Source: Candidatus Curtissbacteria bacterium RIFCSPLOWO2_12_FULL_41_16 (lineage in GTDB: Bacteria; Patescibacteriota; Microgenomatia; Curtissbacterales; GWA2-41-24). Taken from it: a stretch of DNA of 64,000 nt. The notes beneath the pieces are model-generated. The model was not told where the DNA came from. It saw only the letters and a list, made by a program, of their open reading frames with translations, and did not search any database. Position numbers and translations under genes: made by a program. Where the stretch lies: positions 1,088-65,087 of the forward strand of contig MFBZ01000016.1 of the NCBI GenBank assembly GCA_001776545.1, in the 5' to 3' direction. This document shows, one piece after another, positions 26,813-37,429 of this stretch (its first letter is position 1; each line of letters begins with the position of its first letter).

Positions 26813-29800
26813 TCACTCTATTTTTGCCCGGTCAGGGCTTGTGGGTATTAATCTTCCAATTATGACGTTTTCTTTAAGACCCAGAAGACGATCGTCTTTA
26901 CCTTCAATGGCAGCATCGGTTAAAACACGGGTTGTTTCTTGGAAAGAAGCTGCAGAAAGAAAACTATCGGTATAAAGCGCCGCTCTGGTTATTCCCAGAA
27001 TAACAACTTGGGCAGTTGCTGGTTCACCGCCTTCGGCTAAAACTTTGGCATTTTCTTCTTGAAACTTGTTTTTACCGATTAGTTCACTTGGCAGAAAGAC
27101 AGTATCGCCAGATGACTCGATTCTAACCTTCTCGCTCATTTTTCGGACAATTACCTCGAAATGTTTGTCGTGGATGACTACCCCTTGGCTTTCGTAAACC
27201 TCTTGGGTACCGTCGATGATGTATTTTTGTGCTATTTCCAGGCCTGAAATTGCTAAGATCTCTTTAACGTCCAAGTATCCTGTCGAAAGTGCAGTGCCGG
27301 CGGTAATTAATTGTCCATCGGTTACGGCAAGTTCTGCTGTCGGCAGAGCCGTATATTCCCTTTCTTGTGACGGCTTAAGATTAGTACTTTTGATTCTTAT
27401 ACTATAACCGTCTTTCGTTTCCTCTATTTTAACCTTACCTGTAATTTCCGAAATCTGGGCGACGTATTTTGGAGTACGGACTTCAAAAAGTTCTTCGACT
27501 CTTGGCAAGCCTTGCGTGATATCGAGACCAACAATTCCTCCCGTATGAAAAGTTCTCATGGTCAACTGAGTCCCCGGCTCGCCTATCGACTGGGCAGCTA
27601 TGACTCCAACGGGGGTACCAAGCGCCACAAGGGTCCTGGCGACTAAGTCCATCCCGTAACATTTGGCGCACAAGCCATATTTTGCTTCACAGGTGATAGG
27701 TGAATAGACTTGGATTTTTTCGATATCGCTTTTTTCCAAATCTTGTGCAATGTTTTCGGTAAGTAGCGTGCCTTTTGGTGCTAAAACTTTTTTGCTTTTG
27801 GGAGAAATAACATCAGCTGCTGTAATCCTGCCCAGCAGCCTTGTGGAAAACGGCGCTCGCCGTTTGTCTTGTCGAGAAATAGTAATACCTTTTTGGGTAG
27901 CGCAATCTTCCAATCTGACAATGGCATCATGGGCAACATCAACGAGCCTTCTGGTAAGGTATCCACTTTCCGCAGTTTTGATGGCACGATCTGCCAGTCC
28001 TTTTCTGGCTCCTCGGGCACTGGTGAAATATTCAAAAACAGAAAGGCCCTCTCTAAAGTTTGATTTGATCGGCAAAGGGACAATACTGCCGGAGGGGTCT
28101 GTAACTAGACCTCGAATTGCAGCAAGCTGTTTGATTTGTTCGGCGGTCGCCCGAGAACCACCTGAATCAGAGATAATTTTGATAGAATTGTCCTTTGGTA
28201 AGTTCTTCCAAGTAAGATCGGCAAGCTCGTTTGTTGTTGAAAGCCAAACTTCTTGCGAAAGGCGTTTTTCTTCATCACGGGTGATTAAACCAAGCTTAAA
28301 GTTTTTTTCAATAGACTCGACTTCTTTTTCTGCTTTTTCGATGATTTTCGATTTTTCATCGACAATCATACAATCGAAAACGGAAACGGAAAGACCCGAG
28401 AAGGTGGCACCTTCAAAACCAAAACTTTTAAGTTTATCGATAAGTTCGATTACTTCATCTTCTTTCAGGGTGTTGATGCTGGTATCTATTAACCTTTTAA
28501 TTGTTGAGGCAGTAATTGGTTCGTTAATGAACTTAAGAGACTGGGGAAGTTGAATGTTGAAAAGAACTCTACCTGCCGAGGTTGTCAGGGTTTCTTTGCC
28601 AATTTTTACCTGGATCTGTTGTCTGGTTTTGATTTTAGCAGACTCTTTGGCAAGAATGACCTCGGTTTCGCTTTCAAAAACATTATCGTATGGAGGTGTT
28701 TTTGTGTCTAACAAGGTGAGATAATAAACACCGAGGGCCATTTCTTTGTTTGGCAAAGTGATCGGTGAGCCATCTGCTGGCCTGAGCAGATTTTTGCCAG
28801 CCATCATTAGCGCGATTGCTTCTTCTTGCGATTTTAAAGAAAGGGGAACGTGGACGGCCATTTGATCTCCGTCAAAATCCGCATTAAAGCCCGCACAGAT
28901 ACAAGGATGAATTCTAATGGCATCGCCCTCTATCAAAATTGGATAGAATGCCTGGATTCCCAGACGATGCAGAGTCGGAGCTCGGTTTAAAAGAATTGGA
29001 TGGTTTTTAGTAATTTCTTCTAAGATGTCCCAAATTTCTCCACTTCTTCGTTCTAAATAATGCTTGGCACTTTTAACGTTTGGTGCAAGCGCAAGGGTTA
29101 TTATTTCACGCAGCACAAATGGTTTAAACATCTCAAGTGCCATCTCTTTGGGAATGCCGGCTTGGTTGAGGTTTAACTCGGGTCCGACGACAATCACAGA
29201 CCTACCCGAATAATCGACTCTTTTGCCTAAAAGATTTTGTCTGAATCTTCCTTGTTTACCTCTGAGCATGTCGGAGAGCGAGCGTAGTGCAGGAGTAAGT
29301 CTGGTTGCTTTAGTTCGTTGTGAATCGATGAGGGCATCAACGGCTTCCTGCAGCATTCTTTTTTCATTCCTAAGGATAATTTCTGGCGCACCCAATTCAA
29401 TAAGTTTTTTGAGTCGGTTATTTCTGTTTATTACCCTTCGGTAAAGATCATTAAGATCGCTAGTTGCAAATCTACCGCCAGAAAGTTGAACCATTGGTCG
29501 CAGATCTGGTGGTAAAACCGGCAAAATTTTGGCGATCATATAGGTCGGTAAAATGCCAGCTTTGCGCATATTTTCAACAACTCTGAGTCTCTTGGTAGCT
29601 TTAAGATGTCTTTGGCCGGTAGTTCTGGTGATTTCTTCCTTAAGTGAAGCTGATAATTGGGAAAGGTCAATTTTTTCAATGATTGCCAGTAAGGCTTCGG
29701 CACCCATGCCGACTTTAAAGAAATCGCAAGAATTGTAATCGCCTAACTTAAGATATTCATCTTCTGAAAGAAGATCACGATGTTTAATGGATCTGGTCAT

Positions 29801-30499
29801 ATCAATGATATTTTTGTAAATTTCCTCGAGTCTTGAAATTTCCTGAGCGTTTTCATCACGAAGCTTGGCTGCTTTCTGGCGCATGGCAAGTTTGATTTCT
29901 TCAATCTTTAAATCTGTCTGTTCTTTAACAATATTTTTTTTAGATTTGATGGCTGAAATTTCCTTCTTAACTTGGTTTTCTTCCTCCTCGAGTTTCTTTT
30001 TAAGGATGGCGTCTTGTTCCTTACGCTTGACATCTTGCTCGGTTTCAAGCCTTTTGATGGTTTGACGCCTGGCCTCATCATCGACTTGGCAGACTATATA
30101 AGAAGCAAAATAAACAACCGACTCTAAGCTTCTTGGAGCAATATCTAAAATTAATCCCAATTTTGAGGGACTACCTTTAAAGAACCAGTTATGGGCGACG
30201 GGGGCTGCAAGATTAATATGCCCCATGCGTTCTCTTCTAACTCGAGACTGAGTAACTTCAACGCCACATTTGTCGCATATAATGCCACGATACCTAATTT
30301 TCTTATATTTGCCACAGTAACATTCCCAATCTTTGGTTGGACCAAAAATTCGTTCATCGAAAAGGCCGTCTTTTTCAGGTTTTAAAGTTCGGTAATTGAT
30401 GGTTTCTGGTTTTGTAACTTCGCCAAACGACCATGTTTTAATGTCGTCCGCTGAGGCAAGTGTTAATCTTAATGTTTCAAAATCAATTAGTTCATTCAT
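26813..30499 (-). CDS. rpoC: DNA-directed RNA polymerase subunit beta'
   Basis: 1228 aa. Zn-binding CxxC-x..-CxxC N-terminus, NADFDGD catalytic motif, trigger loop. Confidence 0.95.
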   Translation of the reverse strand: MNELIDFETLRLTLASADDIKTWSFGEVTKPETINYRTLKPEKDGLFDERIFGPTKDWECYCGKYKKIRYRGIICDKCGVEVTQSRVRRERMGHINLAAPVAHNWFFKGSPSKLGLILDIAPRSLESVVYFASYIVCQVDDEARRQTIKRLETEQDVKRKEQDAILKKKLEEEENQVKKEISAIKSKKNIVKEQTDLKIEEIKLAMRQKAAKLRDENAQEISRLEEIYKNIIDMTRSIKHRDLLSEDEYLKLGDYNSCDFFKVGMGAEALLAIIEKIDLSQLSASLKEEITRTTGQRHLKATKRLRVVENMRKAGILPTYMIAKILPVLPPDLRPMVQLSGGRFATSDLNDLYRRVINRNNRLKKLIELGAPEIILRNEKRMLQEAVDALIDSQRTKATRLTPALRSLSDMLRGKQGRFRQNLLGKRVDYSGRSVIVVGPELNLNQAGIPKEMALEMFKPFVLREIITLALAPNVKSAKHYLERRSGEIWDILEEITKNHPILLNRAPTLHRLGIQAFYPILIEGDAIRIHPCICAGFNADFDGDQMAVHVPLSLKSQEEAIALMMAGKNLLRPADGSPITLPNKEMALGVYYLTLLDTKTPPYDNVFESETEVILAKESAKIKTRQQIQVKIGKETLTTSAGRVLFNIQLPQSLKFINEPITASTIKRLIDTSINTLKEDEVIELIDKLKSFGFEGATFSGLSVSVFDCMIVDEKSKIIEKAEKEVESIEKNFKLGLITRDEEKRLSQEVWLSTTNELADLTWKNLPKDNSIKIISDSGGSRATAEQIKQLAAIRGLVTDPSGSIVPLPIKSNFREGLSVFEYFTSARGARKGLADRAIKTAESGYLTRRLVDVAHDAIVRLEDCATQKGITISRQDKRRAPFSTRLLGRITAADVISPKSKKVLAPKGTLLTENIAQDLEKSDIEKIQVYSPITCEAKYGLCAKCYGMDLVARTLVALGTPVGVIAAQSIGEPGTQLTMRTFHTGGIVGLDITQGLPRVEELFEVRTPKYVAQISEITGKVKIEETKDGYSIRIKSTNLKPSQEREYTALPTAELAVTDGQLITAGTALSTGYLDVKEILAISGLEIAQKYIIDGTQEVYESQGVVIHDKHFEVIVRKMSEKVRIESSGDTVFLPSELIGKNKFQEENAKVLAEGGEPATAQVVILGITRAALYTDSFLSAASFQETTRVLTDAAIEGKDDRLLGLKENVIIGRLIPTSPDRAKIE

Positions 30500-33400
30500 G
30501 AGATTGGTCCCTCCTCAAGTTCCATGGGGCTGTCTTTGGTGATTTCTGTCTCACTTGCAACTATTTCGCTCCCCACGATTTCGGCAAATTCTTGGACTTT
30601 CTTGGTTTCTTCCTCGGATTGGGGGATTTCTTCTGTCGCCTCTTTGGTTTTAGCGCCGATTGTTTGAACATTTAAAGATAAACTATTTAATTCTTTAACT
30701 AAGACTTTAAATGATTCCGGTATGAGAGCCTGGGGGATTTCGGTTCCTTTAATAATTGCTTCGAAGGCCTTGGCACGACCTACAATGTCGTCAGATTTGA
30801 TGGTTAGCATTTCCTGTAAGGTGTAAGCTGCGCCATAAGCTTCAAGAGCCCAGACCTCCATTTCGCCAAGACGTTGGCCGCCCATCTGAGCCTTGCCGCC
30901 AAGTGGCTGTTGAGTAATTAGGGAGTAGGGTCCGGTTGAGCGGGCATGAGTTTTATCTTCAACCATATGAATAAGCTTCATAATGTAGGCATTTCCAACA
31001 ACAATTGGTCTATCAAATGGTTGTCCGGTCCGGCCGTCGTAGAGAGTTACGCGACCATCTGTCGGTAGACCTGCTTTTTTAAGCTCAGAGATAATACGTT
31101 CTTCTGAGACATGTTCAAAAACAGGTAGGGCAACTTTATAGCCAAGTTTGGAAGCGGCCCAGCCAAGGTGGGTTTCTAAAAGTTGGCCCAAATTCATACG
31201 GGAAAGAACAGAAAGGGGGCTAATGATAATATCTATTGGCGTACCGTCTGGAAGATAAGGCATGTCGGGCCGCGGGACGATCTTTGAGATAACACCCTTG
31301 TTGCCATGACGACCAGCAAGTTTATCGCCAACAACTACCTTGCGGATTTGGGCAACTTTGACAAAAATCTTGAAAAGGACACCATGCTCCAATTCATCCC
31401 CTTTATCACGAGACAAAATCTTAATGTCGATAACTGTACCTTTTTCCCCGTGGGGCATTCTAAGCGAAGTGTCGCGAACTTCACGAGCCTTTTCTCCAAA
31501 AATTGTTCTCAACAATCTTTCTTCTGCGGTTAATTCGGTTTCGCCCTTGGGTGCAATTTTGCCGACTAAAATATCATTCGGGCCAACTTCGGCACCGATA
31601 ACGACAATGCCTTTTTCATCTAAATTCGCCAAATCTTCTTCTGAAACATTAGGAATGTCGCGGGTTGTTTCTTCTGGTCCCAGCTTGGTTTCAACAACCG
31701 ATGTTTCATACTCTTCGATGTGGATTGAGGTTAAAACATCTTCTCTGGAGAGTCTATCTGAAATGACAATGGCGTCTTCATAACCCAGACCATCAAAACT
31801 CATATAAGCGATTGTTAAATTTTGGCCGATTGCCAATTCGCCATCATCAGTTGCCGAACCGTCGACTAGAACATCTCCCTTTTTGATCTTTTGATTTATT
31901 ACCACCTTGGGTCTTTGTGAGTAACAGGTACTTTGCGGAGATCTGGCAAACTTTTGGGTTGGAATGGTTATTTGGCCGTCTTTCGTTTTTAAAATAAGCT
32001 TTTTGGCATCGACATAGACAACTTCACCATCTTGAGGACTTCTAACAACTCGACCCATATTGGTGGCAACAACTTCTTCCATGCCGGTACCAACTTGCGG
32101 TGCTTGGGGTTTGATTAATGGAACGGCCTGGCACTGCATATGAGTTCCCATTAAAGCACGATTAGCCTCATCATGGGCCAAAAATGGAATAAGCGAGGCT
32201 GAAGTTCCGACAACTTGTCTGGGGATAACATCGATAAAATTGACCGCATCGGTAAGTGCGGTTGTGAATTCGCCTTTATAACGGACAGGGATCCTGTCTG
32301 CTTCCAGATAGCCATTTTTGTCTATTTCGACTTGAGCATGAGTAATGTAATAATCTTCTTCGTCATCTGCCGCAAGATAAACGACTTCGTCGGTCACTTG
32401 GGCTCTACCGTTTTTTGCCTTGACAACTTTTTTATAAGGAGCTTCTAGAAATCCATATTCATTTACACGGCAGTAAAGTGCCATGTAGGTAACAAGGCCA
32501 ATATTTGGGCCTTCTGGTGAACGGACCGGGCAGATCCTGGAGTATTGAGAATGATTAATGTCCCGAATGGAAAAAGCAGCTCTTTCTCTGGCAATGCCGC
32601 CGGTACCCATGACAGTTAACCTTCTGAGGTTATCCAGTTCTGAAAGTGGATTGGTTTGATCTAAAATAGTAGAAAGTTGAGAGGACCGGAAAAATTCATT
32701 GATAGCCGAAATCAATGGTCTGGCGTTGATGAGCGCGGCTGGGGCCGGAACGGTATCTATCGGGGTAAGACTCATTCTTTCTTTGACCACACGTTCCAGT
32801 CTTAAAACTCCGATTCTAAAAGCATTCTGGGCTATGAGTTCACCAACACGTCTCACCCGGCGGTTCCCTAAGTGATCAATGTCATCGACTAGACCATTAC
32901 CTTTTAAAAGCTCGAATAGGTAGGCAATGGCTGCTATAAAATCCGGAGGCGAAAGTACAAGATCTTTTTCATCTTTTTCCCAAGCAAGCTTTTCTTTAAT
33001 TTTTGCGAGGCGTTTTTCAATTTTGTATCTACCAACCTTTCCGAGAGAATATCGTCGAGGATTGAAAAACATATTTTCGACTAAAGCTTTGGCATTGTCT
33101 AAGACCACATGATCACCCGGACGCATTCTGCGATAAATTTCCAAGAGTGCTTCTTCTTGAGTGGTGGTAGTGTCTTTGGCGAGGGTATTTGCGATGAGTT
33201 TTTGCGAAATTTCATCGGTAACATTTTCAAAAAGCCGGTGAATTTGGTCATCTGCAAATCCAACCGCTTTGAGAAATAAAGTAACAGGAAACTTGCGGCG
33301 TCTGTCAATTTTGACCGTGATGATATCGTTTTTGGTGATGGCAAATTCAAGCCATGAACCACGAAGGGGCCTAATTTCACAATTATAAAGATTTTTGCCT

Positions 33401-33837
33401 GTTGTAGGATCAATTTCAGCGGAATAGTAAACTCCAGGAGCACGTACTAATTGAGTAACTACTGCCCGTTCTATCCCATTAATTATAAAGGAGCCTTTTT
33501 CCAGCATTAATGGAAGATCGCATAGGAATACTTCCTGGGTGTTTTTGCCCCCAGTTTGCTTATTGACAACCTGGGCTTCTATCTTGAAGGGGACATCATA
33601 GGTGATGCCTTTCTCAATGGCTTCTTCCGGTGTATGTTTTGCCTTCCCTAAGTTGTAAGCGCCAAACGAAAGTGTAAAGTTTTTACCGGTGAAATCTTCT
33701 ATTGGAAAAACTTCGTCTATAACCTCACGGATTCCTTCCTTTAAAAAGGCATCAAAAGAATCTCTTTGAACTTTTACCAAGTCCAAGGATGGTAAGTTAA
33801 TGTTTGAAGGCTGTTCCCAGGAGATACGTTTTACCAC
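30496..33837 (-). CDS. rpoB: DNA-directed RNA polymerase subunit beta
   Basis: 1113 aa. Rif-region and beta-flap motifs. 4-nt overlap with rpoC. Confidence 0.95.
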   Translation of the reverse strand: MVKRISWEQPSNINLPSLDLVKVQRDSFDAFLKEGIREVIDEVFPIEDFTGKNFTLSFGAYNLGKAKHTPEEAIEKGITYDVPFKIEAQVVNKQTGGKNTQEVFLCDLPLMLEKGSFIINGIERAVVTQLVRAPGVYYSAEIDPTTGKNLYNCEIRPLRGSWLEFAITKNDIITVKIDRRRKFPVTLFLKAVGFADDQIHRLFENVTDEISQKLIANTLAKDTTTTQEEALLEIYRRMRPGDHVVLDNAKALVENMFFNPRRYSLGKVGRYKIEKRLAKIKEKLAWEKDEKDLVLSPPDFIAAIAYLFELLKGNGLVDDIDHLGNRRVRRVGELIAQNAFRIGVLRLERVVKERMSLTPIDTVPAPAALINARPLISAINEFFRSSQLSTILDQTNPLSELDNLRRLTVMGTGGIARERAAFSIRDINHSQYSRICPVRSPEGPNIGLVTYMALYCRVNEYGFLEAPYKKVVKAKNGRAQVTDEVVYLAADDEEDYYITHAQVEIDKNGYLEADRIPVRYKGEFTTALTDAVNFIDVIPRQVVGTSASLIPFLAHDEANRALMGTHMQCQAVPLIKPQAPQVGTGMEEVVATNMGRVVRSPQDGEVVYVDAKKLILKTKDGQITIPTQKFARSPQSTCYSQRPKVVINQKIKKGDVLVDGSATDDGELAIGQNLTIAYMSFDGLGYEDAIVISDRLSREDVLTSIHIEEYETSVVETKLGPEETTRDIPNVSEEDLANLDEKGIVVIGAEVGPNDILVGKIAPKGETELTAEERLLRTIFGEKAREVRDTSLRMPHGEKGTVIDIKILSRDKGDELEHGVLFKIFVKVAQIRKVVVGDKLAGRHGNKGVISKIVPRPDMPYLPDGTPIDIIISPLSVLSRMNLGQLLETHLGWAASKLGYKVALPVFEHVSEERIISELKKAGLPTDGRVTLYDGRTGQPFDRPIVVGNAYIMKLIHMVEDKTHARSTGPYSLITQQPLGGKAQMGGQRLGEMEVWALEAYGAAYTLQEMLTIKSDDIVGRAKAFEAIIKGTEIPQALIPESFKVLVKELNSLSLNVQTIGAKTKEATEEIPQSEEETKKVQEFAEIVGSEIVASETEITKDSPMELEEGPIS

Positions 33838-34044
33838 TGGTTATTTTGTTTTGCTATATATTAATAATTAATAACTGATTGAGCAAGAGGATCAGGCCAA
33901 TTCTGGTTTTGTCGGATTAAAATCTAGCCAGCTCATTAGTTGAGAAGACCAGGGTTACTTGGATGATCCACAGGATTTTTATTTGATACAACAAAAATAA
34001 AGGTACAATAAGTACCCCTCTTTAAAAGGATGTATCTTCCCTGT

Positions 34045-34074
34045 TTTATACCACTGACTATTTGCTTTTGTCAA
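34045..34074 (-). promoter_or_regulatory. sigma70-like promoter upstream of rpoB (extended -10)
   Basis: On the minus strand, TTGACA-17/18 nt-TGgTATAAA lies about 205 nt upstream of the rpoB ATG, in the mltG-rpoB spacer. Confidence 0.5.
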
Positions 34075-34104
34075 CCCGCGTGTCGTGTATAGAAATTCCG
34101 AATT

Positions 34105-35106
34105 CTAGAGAAACTCTTGAATATTTTTGTTATGTTCCTCGATGGTTTTGGCAAAATGAATTTTACCTTCTTTGTCATGGAGGTAATAAAGGTAGTCTGT
34201 TTGAGTTGGGGTTGCTGCTGAGCGAATTGATTCAAGACCTGGATTGGCAATAGGAGCCGGTGGCAGGCCGGGGTTTAGGTAGGTGTTGTAGGCTGATTTG
34301 ACGCTTCGATAGTCTTCCTGAGTAATGGACGGCCACCAGCTGCTGTTGGCAACATCATAACCTTTGGCGTATTGAACAGTGGCGTCTACCTGGAGGGCAA
34401 GACCAGTGTTTAATCTATTAATTAAAATTCCGGCGATAATTGGTCTTTCTTCGTTTGTTTTAGCTTCTCTTTCAATCAGTGATGCCAGAATTATGACTTC
34501 TTCTTCTTTAAGGTTATTTTTGCTACCGGCTGAGGTGATTTTTTTATCGACCTTATCTTCGAAAGTTTTTCTAAGGCGCTGAACGATATCTTGGGATGAG
34601 GCATCGCGTGCGATAAGATAGGTGTCCGGAAACATGTAACCCTCGAGGGCTATTTTTATGAACTCGTTTTTATCGAACTGGTATTTATCGTTGGTCGCGG
34701 TTTTAAGCTTGACCTCGATTAGCTGGGCCATTTCTTCGATTCTGGTACCCTCTGGAAAAGTAATCCAGACGTCGATTGCTCCATGAGTTAAGAATTCGGC
34801 TATTTCCCGTGCTGAAAGATGGGGAGAAAGACGAAAGTCACCCGCCTGGATATTTTTAGCAATACCTGTTTGAGCAACGAATAGCCTGAAGGCAAGGGCA
34901 TTCTTGATGAGTTTGGTACTTTCAAGATTTTTGGCGATTCGGGCGACTGGTTGACCGGGTTTAATGACAAAAATTTGGAAAGATTCCATATTTGAGATTG
35001 GTCGGAGTAAATAATTGTAATACTGGTTCAAACCAATCGGTGCTGAAATCAAAATGATAAAGATTATGAGAAAAATTAAAGATCTCGGTTTCTTTGTCAC
35101 TCTCAA
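34105..35106 (-). CDS. mltG: endolytic murein transglycosylase MltG (YceG-like)
   Basis: N-terminal TM anchor and a YceG domain (LASLIEREA...GILINRL..G..LQ.DATV.YA). Confidence 0.85.
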   Translation of the reverse strand: MRVTKKPRSLIFLIIFIILISAPIGLNQYYNYLLRPISNMESFQIFVIKPGQPVARIAKNLESTKLIKNALAFRLFVAQTGIAKNIQAGDFRLSPHLSAREIAEFLTHGAIDVWITFPEGTRIEEMAQLIEVKLKTATNDKYQFDKNEFIKIALEGYMFPDTYLIARDASSQDIVQRLRKTFEDKVDKKITSAGSKNNLKEEEVIILASLIEREAKTNEERPIIAGILINRLNTGLALQVDATVQYAKGYDVANSSWWPSITQEDYRSVKSAYNTYLNPGLPPAPIANPGLESIRSAATPTQTDYLYYLHDKEGKIHFAKTIEEHNKNIQEFL

Positions 35107-35303
35107 CCCTCCGCGAAAGTTGCTCTGTGGTATTTACCTTTTCTTTTATCGAAAATAAATATACGTCCGCAAGTGCAGATGACTTTTTGACTATTGTCTT
35201 GTTTTTCTATTCTGCGCCCCAAAGATAAATTACGGCCGCAACCGACACACTTTCCCTGAAGAAGAATCCAAGCCTGAACCGGGGCGATGATTTTTTTGAT
35301 CAT
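35103..35303 (-). CDS. small C4 zinc-ribbon protein
   Basis: 66 aa with CVGCG...CTCG. Overlaps ruvX and mltG by 4 nt each. Confidence 0.5.
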   Translation of the reverse strand: MIKKIIAPVQAWILLQGKCVGCGRNLSLGRRIEKQDNSQKVICTCGRIFIFDKRKGKYHRATFAEG

Positions 35304-35683
35304 TGTGAATCGAGATAACTTTGCAAAATAATGGCAGCTGCCACTTCGTGTTCTTTTTGACGACGACGCATCTTTGGTACTTGAAGTTTAATCATAGTTT
35401 GAGTTGCCTGTCCAGTAGTCAAAGTTTCATCCCACAAGATGATTTTTAAATCGGGTTTTTGCTTATGGAGTTTTTTGGCAAAACCTTCAAATAGAGTTTT
35501 TATTTTTCCTTCAACGCAACCGATAACAACAGTGGCGATTCCCTCCAATTCAATAGTTTGAACTATTGAATTGACAGCCTGATCAATATTTTTGTGGGTG
35601 ATTGTGGCATACGGTGATGCCAGTTGACCGGCTGAGATAGCCACACCGGTTGTTTTTCGACCAAGATCAATACCTAAATACAT
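35300..35683 (-). CDS. ruvX: putative pre-16S rRNA nuclease / Holliday junction resolvase-like RuvX (YqgF)
   Basis: MYLGIDLGRKTTGVAIS RNase H-like N-terminus. 127 aa. Confidence 0.85.
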   Translation of the reverse strand: MYLGIDLGRKTTGVAISAGQLASPYATITHKNIDQAVNSIVQTIELEGIATVVIGCVEGKIKTLFEGFAKKLHKQKPDLKIILWDETLTTGQATQTMIKLQVPKMRRRQKEHEVAAAIILQSYLDSQ

Positions 35684-35731
35684 TGTTTAATTGCTAAATT
35701 GTTAAATTGTTTAGAGGAAATTGTCAAATGA

Positions 35732-36541
35732 CTAGTCACTGCTTGCTCCCCCATCAATCACCAGTTGTGTGCCGGTGATATAGGAAGCTTCATCAGACGC
35801 TAGGAAAAGTGCGCCATACGCCACCTCCCGGGGTGTACCTATACGCTTTAAAAGGGCCGCATCGCCGAATTGCTTGTAAGCCCTTTTAGGATCGAGCCCT
35901 AGAAATTTAGCGTGGCGTTCGGTGATCTGCGTCTTGATTGTGCCAGGGCAAATGGCGTTGACACGAATATTGTCTGGCGCCAAATCCATGGCAAGACAAC
36001 GTGTCATCTCCAAGACGGCGGCTTTGGAAGCATTGTAGGGAACAAATGCTGGCTGGGCAATGAAAGAACTAACCGATGCAAGGTTTACGATGGCTCCGCC
36101 GCCAGCTTCGCGCATAAAAGGAAGTATCTCTTTCACGCAATTTGCATAGCCGATAACATTGACCTCAAATACTTTGTGCCAGTCTTCTTGGCTTACATCC
36201 TCAACTTTACCGAAAATAAAAGCAACTGCATTATTTACCAGAATGTTGACTGCGCCAAATTTTTCGACAGCCGTGGCAACCGTTGACTTGACGTCATCAG
36301 GTTTGGTGACATCACAACAAACAAAAACGGCTTGACCATCACCATCTGTAATCTCTTTTGCTGTCTCTAAACCATTTTTCTCGTCAATGTCGGCAATAAG
36401 TACGCTGGCGCCTTCCTCGGCAAATAATTGCGCTATGGCACAACCGATGCCGTTGGCGGCACCGGTTACAATCGCTGATTTGCCTTGCAGTCTGGCAAAC
36501 TCTTTTGGTTTAATCCGTTCCATTTTATTGTGGCTCATCAT
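35732..36541 (-). CDS. SDR-family short-chain dehydrogenase/reductase
   Basis: TGAANGIGCAIA Rossmann motif, NNAV, catalytic YNASKAAV. Confidence 0.85.
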   Translation of the reverse strand: MMSHNKMERIKPKEFARLQGKSAIVTGAANGIGCAIAQLFAEEGASVLIADIDEKNGLETAKEITDGDGQAVFVCCDVTKPDDVKSTVATAVEKFGAVNILVNNAVAFIFGKVEDVSQEDWHKVFEVNVIGYANCVKEILPFMREAGGGAIVNLASVSSFIAQPAFVPYNASKAAVLEMTRCLAMDLAPDNIRVNAICPGTIKTQITERHAKFLGLDPKRAYKQFGDAALLKRIGTPREVAYGALFLASDEASYITGTQLVIDGGASSD

Positions 36542-36573
36542 AGGTCATTTACTTTCTGCTGTCAAAACGTAGT

Positions 36574-37386
36574 TCATATCAAACTGGTAACAACCACCAG
36601 ACGTTTAAGATTTGTTCCGGGGGGCACGCAAGTCATTAGAGTCAGGTTACGACCGGCTGGCGAAATCGGGTTAATGACAGACGTGTCGCGCGGGTCAACA
36701 ACTCTTAAATACTGAACTGTGAAATGGAGTTTTTGACCTTCAATTTCTACAAAAACATCATCCCCTACCTCCAGATCGGAAAGTTTGGTGAAAATTGCCC
36801 GATAATTTTTAGGATCGTTAAATTGAGGCAGAACCGAGTGGCCAGTGATAAAGCTATTGCCGATTTCGCCGGGAAGAGCGGATCCGGGGAAATGGGCAAG
36901 ACTCTTGTAAAAGTCTAGGCTATCGACTTTAACTTTGGCTCTTGCGATTTTGAGTCTGGGAATTGTCAGGGAAAACTCGCTAGGTTTATTTTCTAATCTA
37001 TAATTTTGGACAAGTGAAGAAGATTCAGAAGCTTCTTCTTTTGAAAAAGTAGTCGGAATGAAATAAGAGGGCTTGTTTCCCTCCTCCTCTTTTGAAAAAG
37101 TAGTCGGAATGAAATAAGAAAATCCATCTGGGTCTTGAATTACTTGGATGCTTGCGGAAAGAGTAGATTTTGATGAAAGCACCTGAGCCTTAGGTATAGG
37201 AAAATCATTAACACCTCCAGACAATCTTGGTCGGGTCACCGTCTGCCAGACGAAATACGGCCAAATGGCAAAAATTACTGAAGTTAAACCTATAATGGTG
37301 ATAAGCCCAAAAAAGACCCGATCGCGACGTTTGGCGACCTGTATTTTGTCGAAAGTATTTTCCTTGACATAAACTGCAAGGGGCAT
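36574..37386 (-). CDS. sortase-family transpeptidase with N-terminal TM anchor and internal 17-aa tandem repeat
   Basis: ITGHSV (His), LTLMTC (TLxTC Cys) and a downstream Arg in NLKRLVV. N-terminal TM helix. Linker repeat SYFIPTTFSKEE x2. Confidence 0.75.
   Translation of the reverse strand: MPLAVYVKENTFDKIQVAKRRDRVFFGLITIIGLTSVIFAIWPYFVWQTVTRPRLSGGVNDFPIPKAQVLSSKSTLSASIQVIQDPDGFSYFIPTTFSKEEEGNKPSYFIPTTFSKEEASESSSLVQNYRLENKPSEFSLTIPRLKIARAKVKVDSLDFYKSLAHFPGSALPGEIGNSFITGHSVLPQFNDPKNYRAIFTKLSDLEVGDDVFVEIEGQKLHFTVQYLRVVDPRDTSVINPISPAGRNLTLMTCVPPGTNLKRLVVVTSLI
37038..37119. repeat. 51-nt tandem duplication inside the sortase gene
   Basis: cttttgaaaaagtagtcggaatgaaataaga occurs twice 51 nt apart, encoding two copies of SYFIPTTFSKEE(E/A). 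Confidence 0.8.
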
Positions 37387-37429
37387 TCTAAAATTAAAAG
37401 TTAACTAAGTTGGCTGCTATCATTTTGAA

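Noticed and set aside
27750-28553. 267-aa plus-strand ORF (and many other 60-175-aa ORFs, e.g. 31340..31783, 46900..47427, 52674..53174, 61585..62022, 17666..18115) antisense to or nested in large conserved genes
   Set aside because: They lie fully inside rpoC, rpoB, ftsK, dnaK, rplB and others. They are low-complexity Ser/Leu-rich, the typical shadow ORFs of AT-rich coding DNA.
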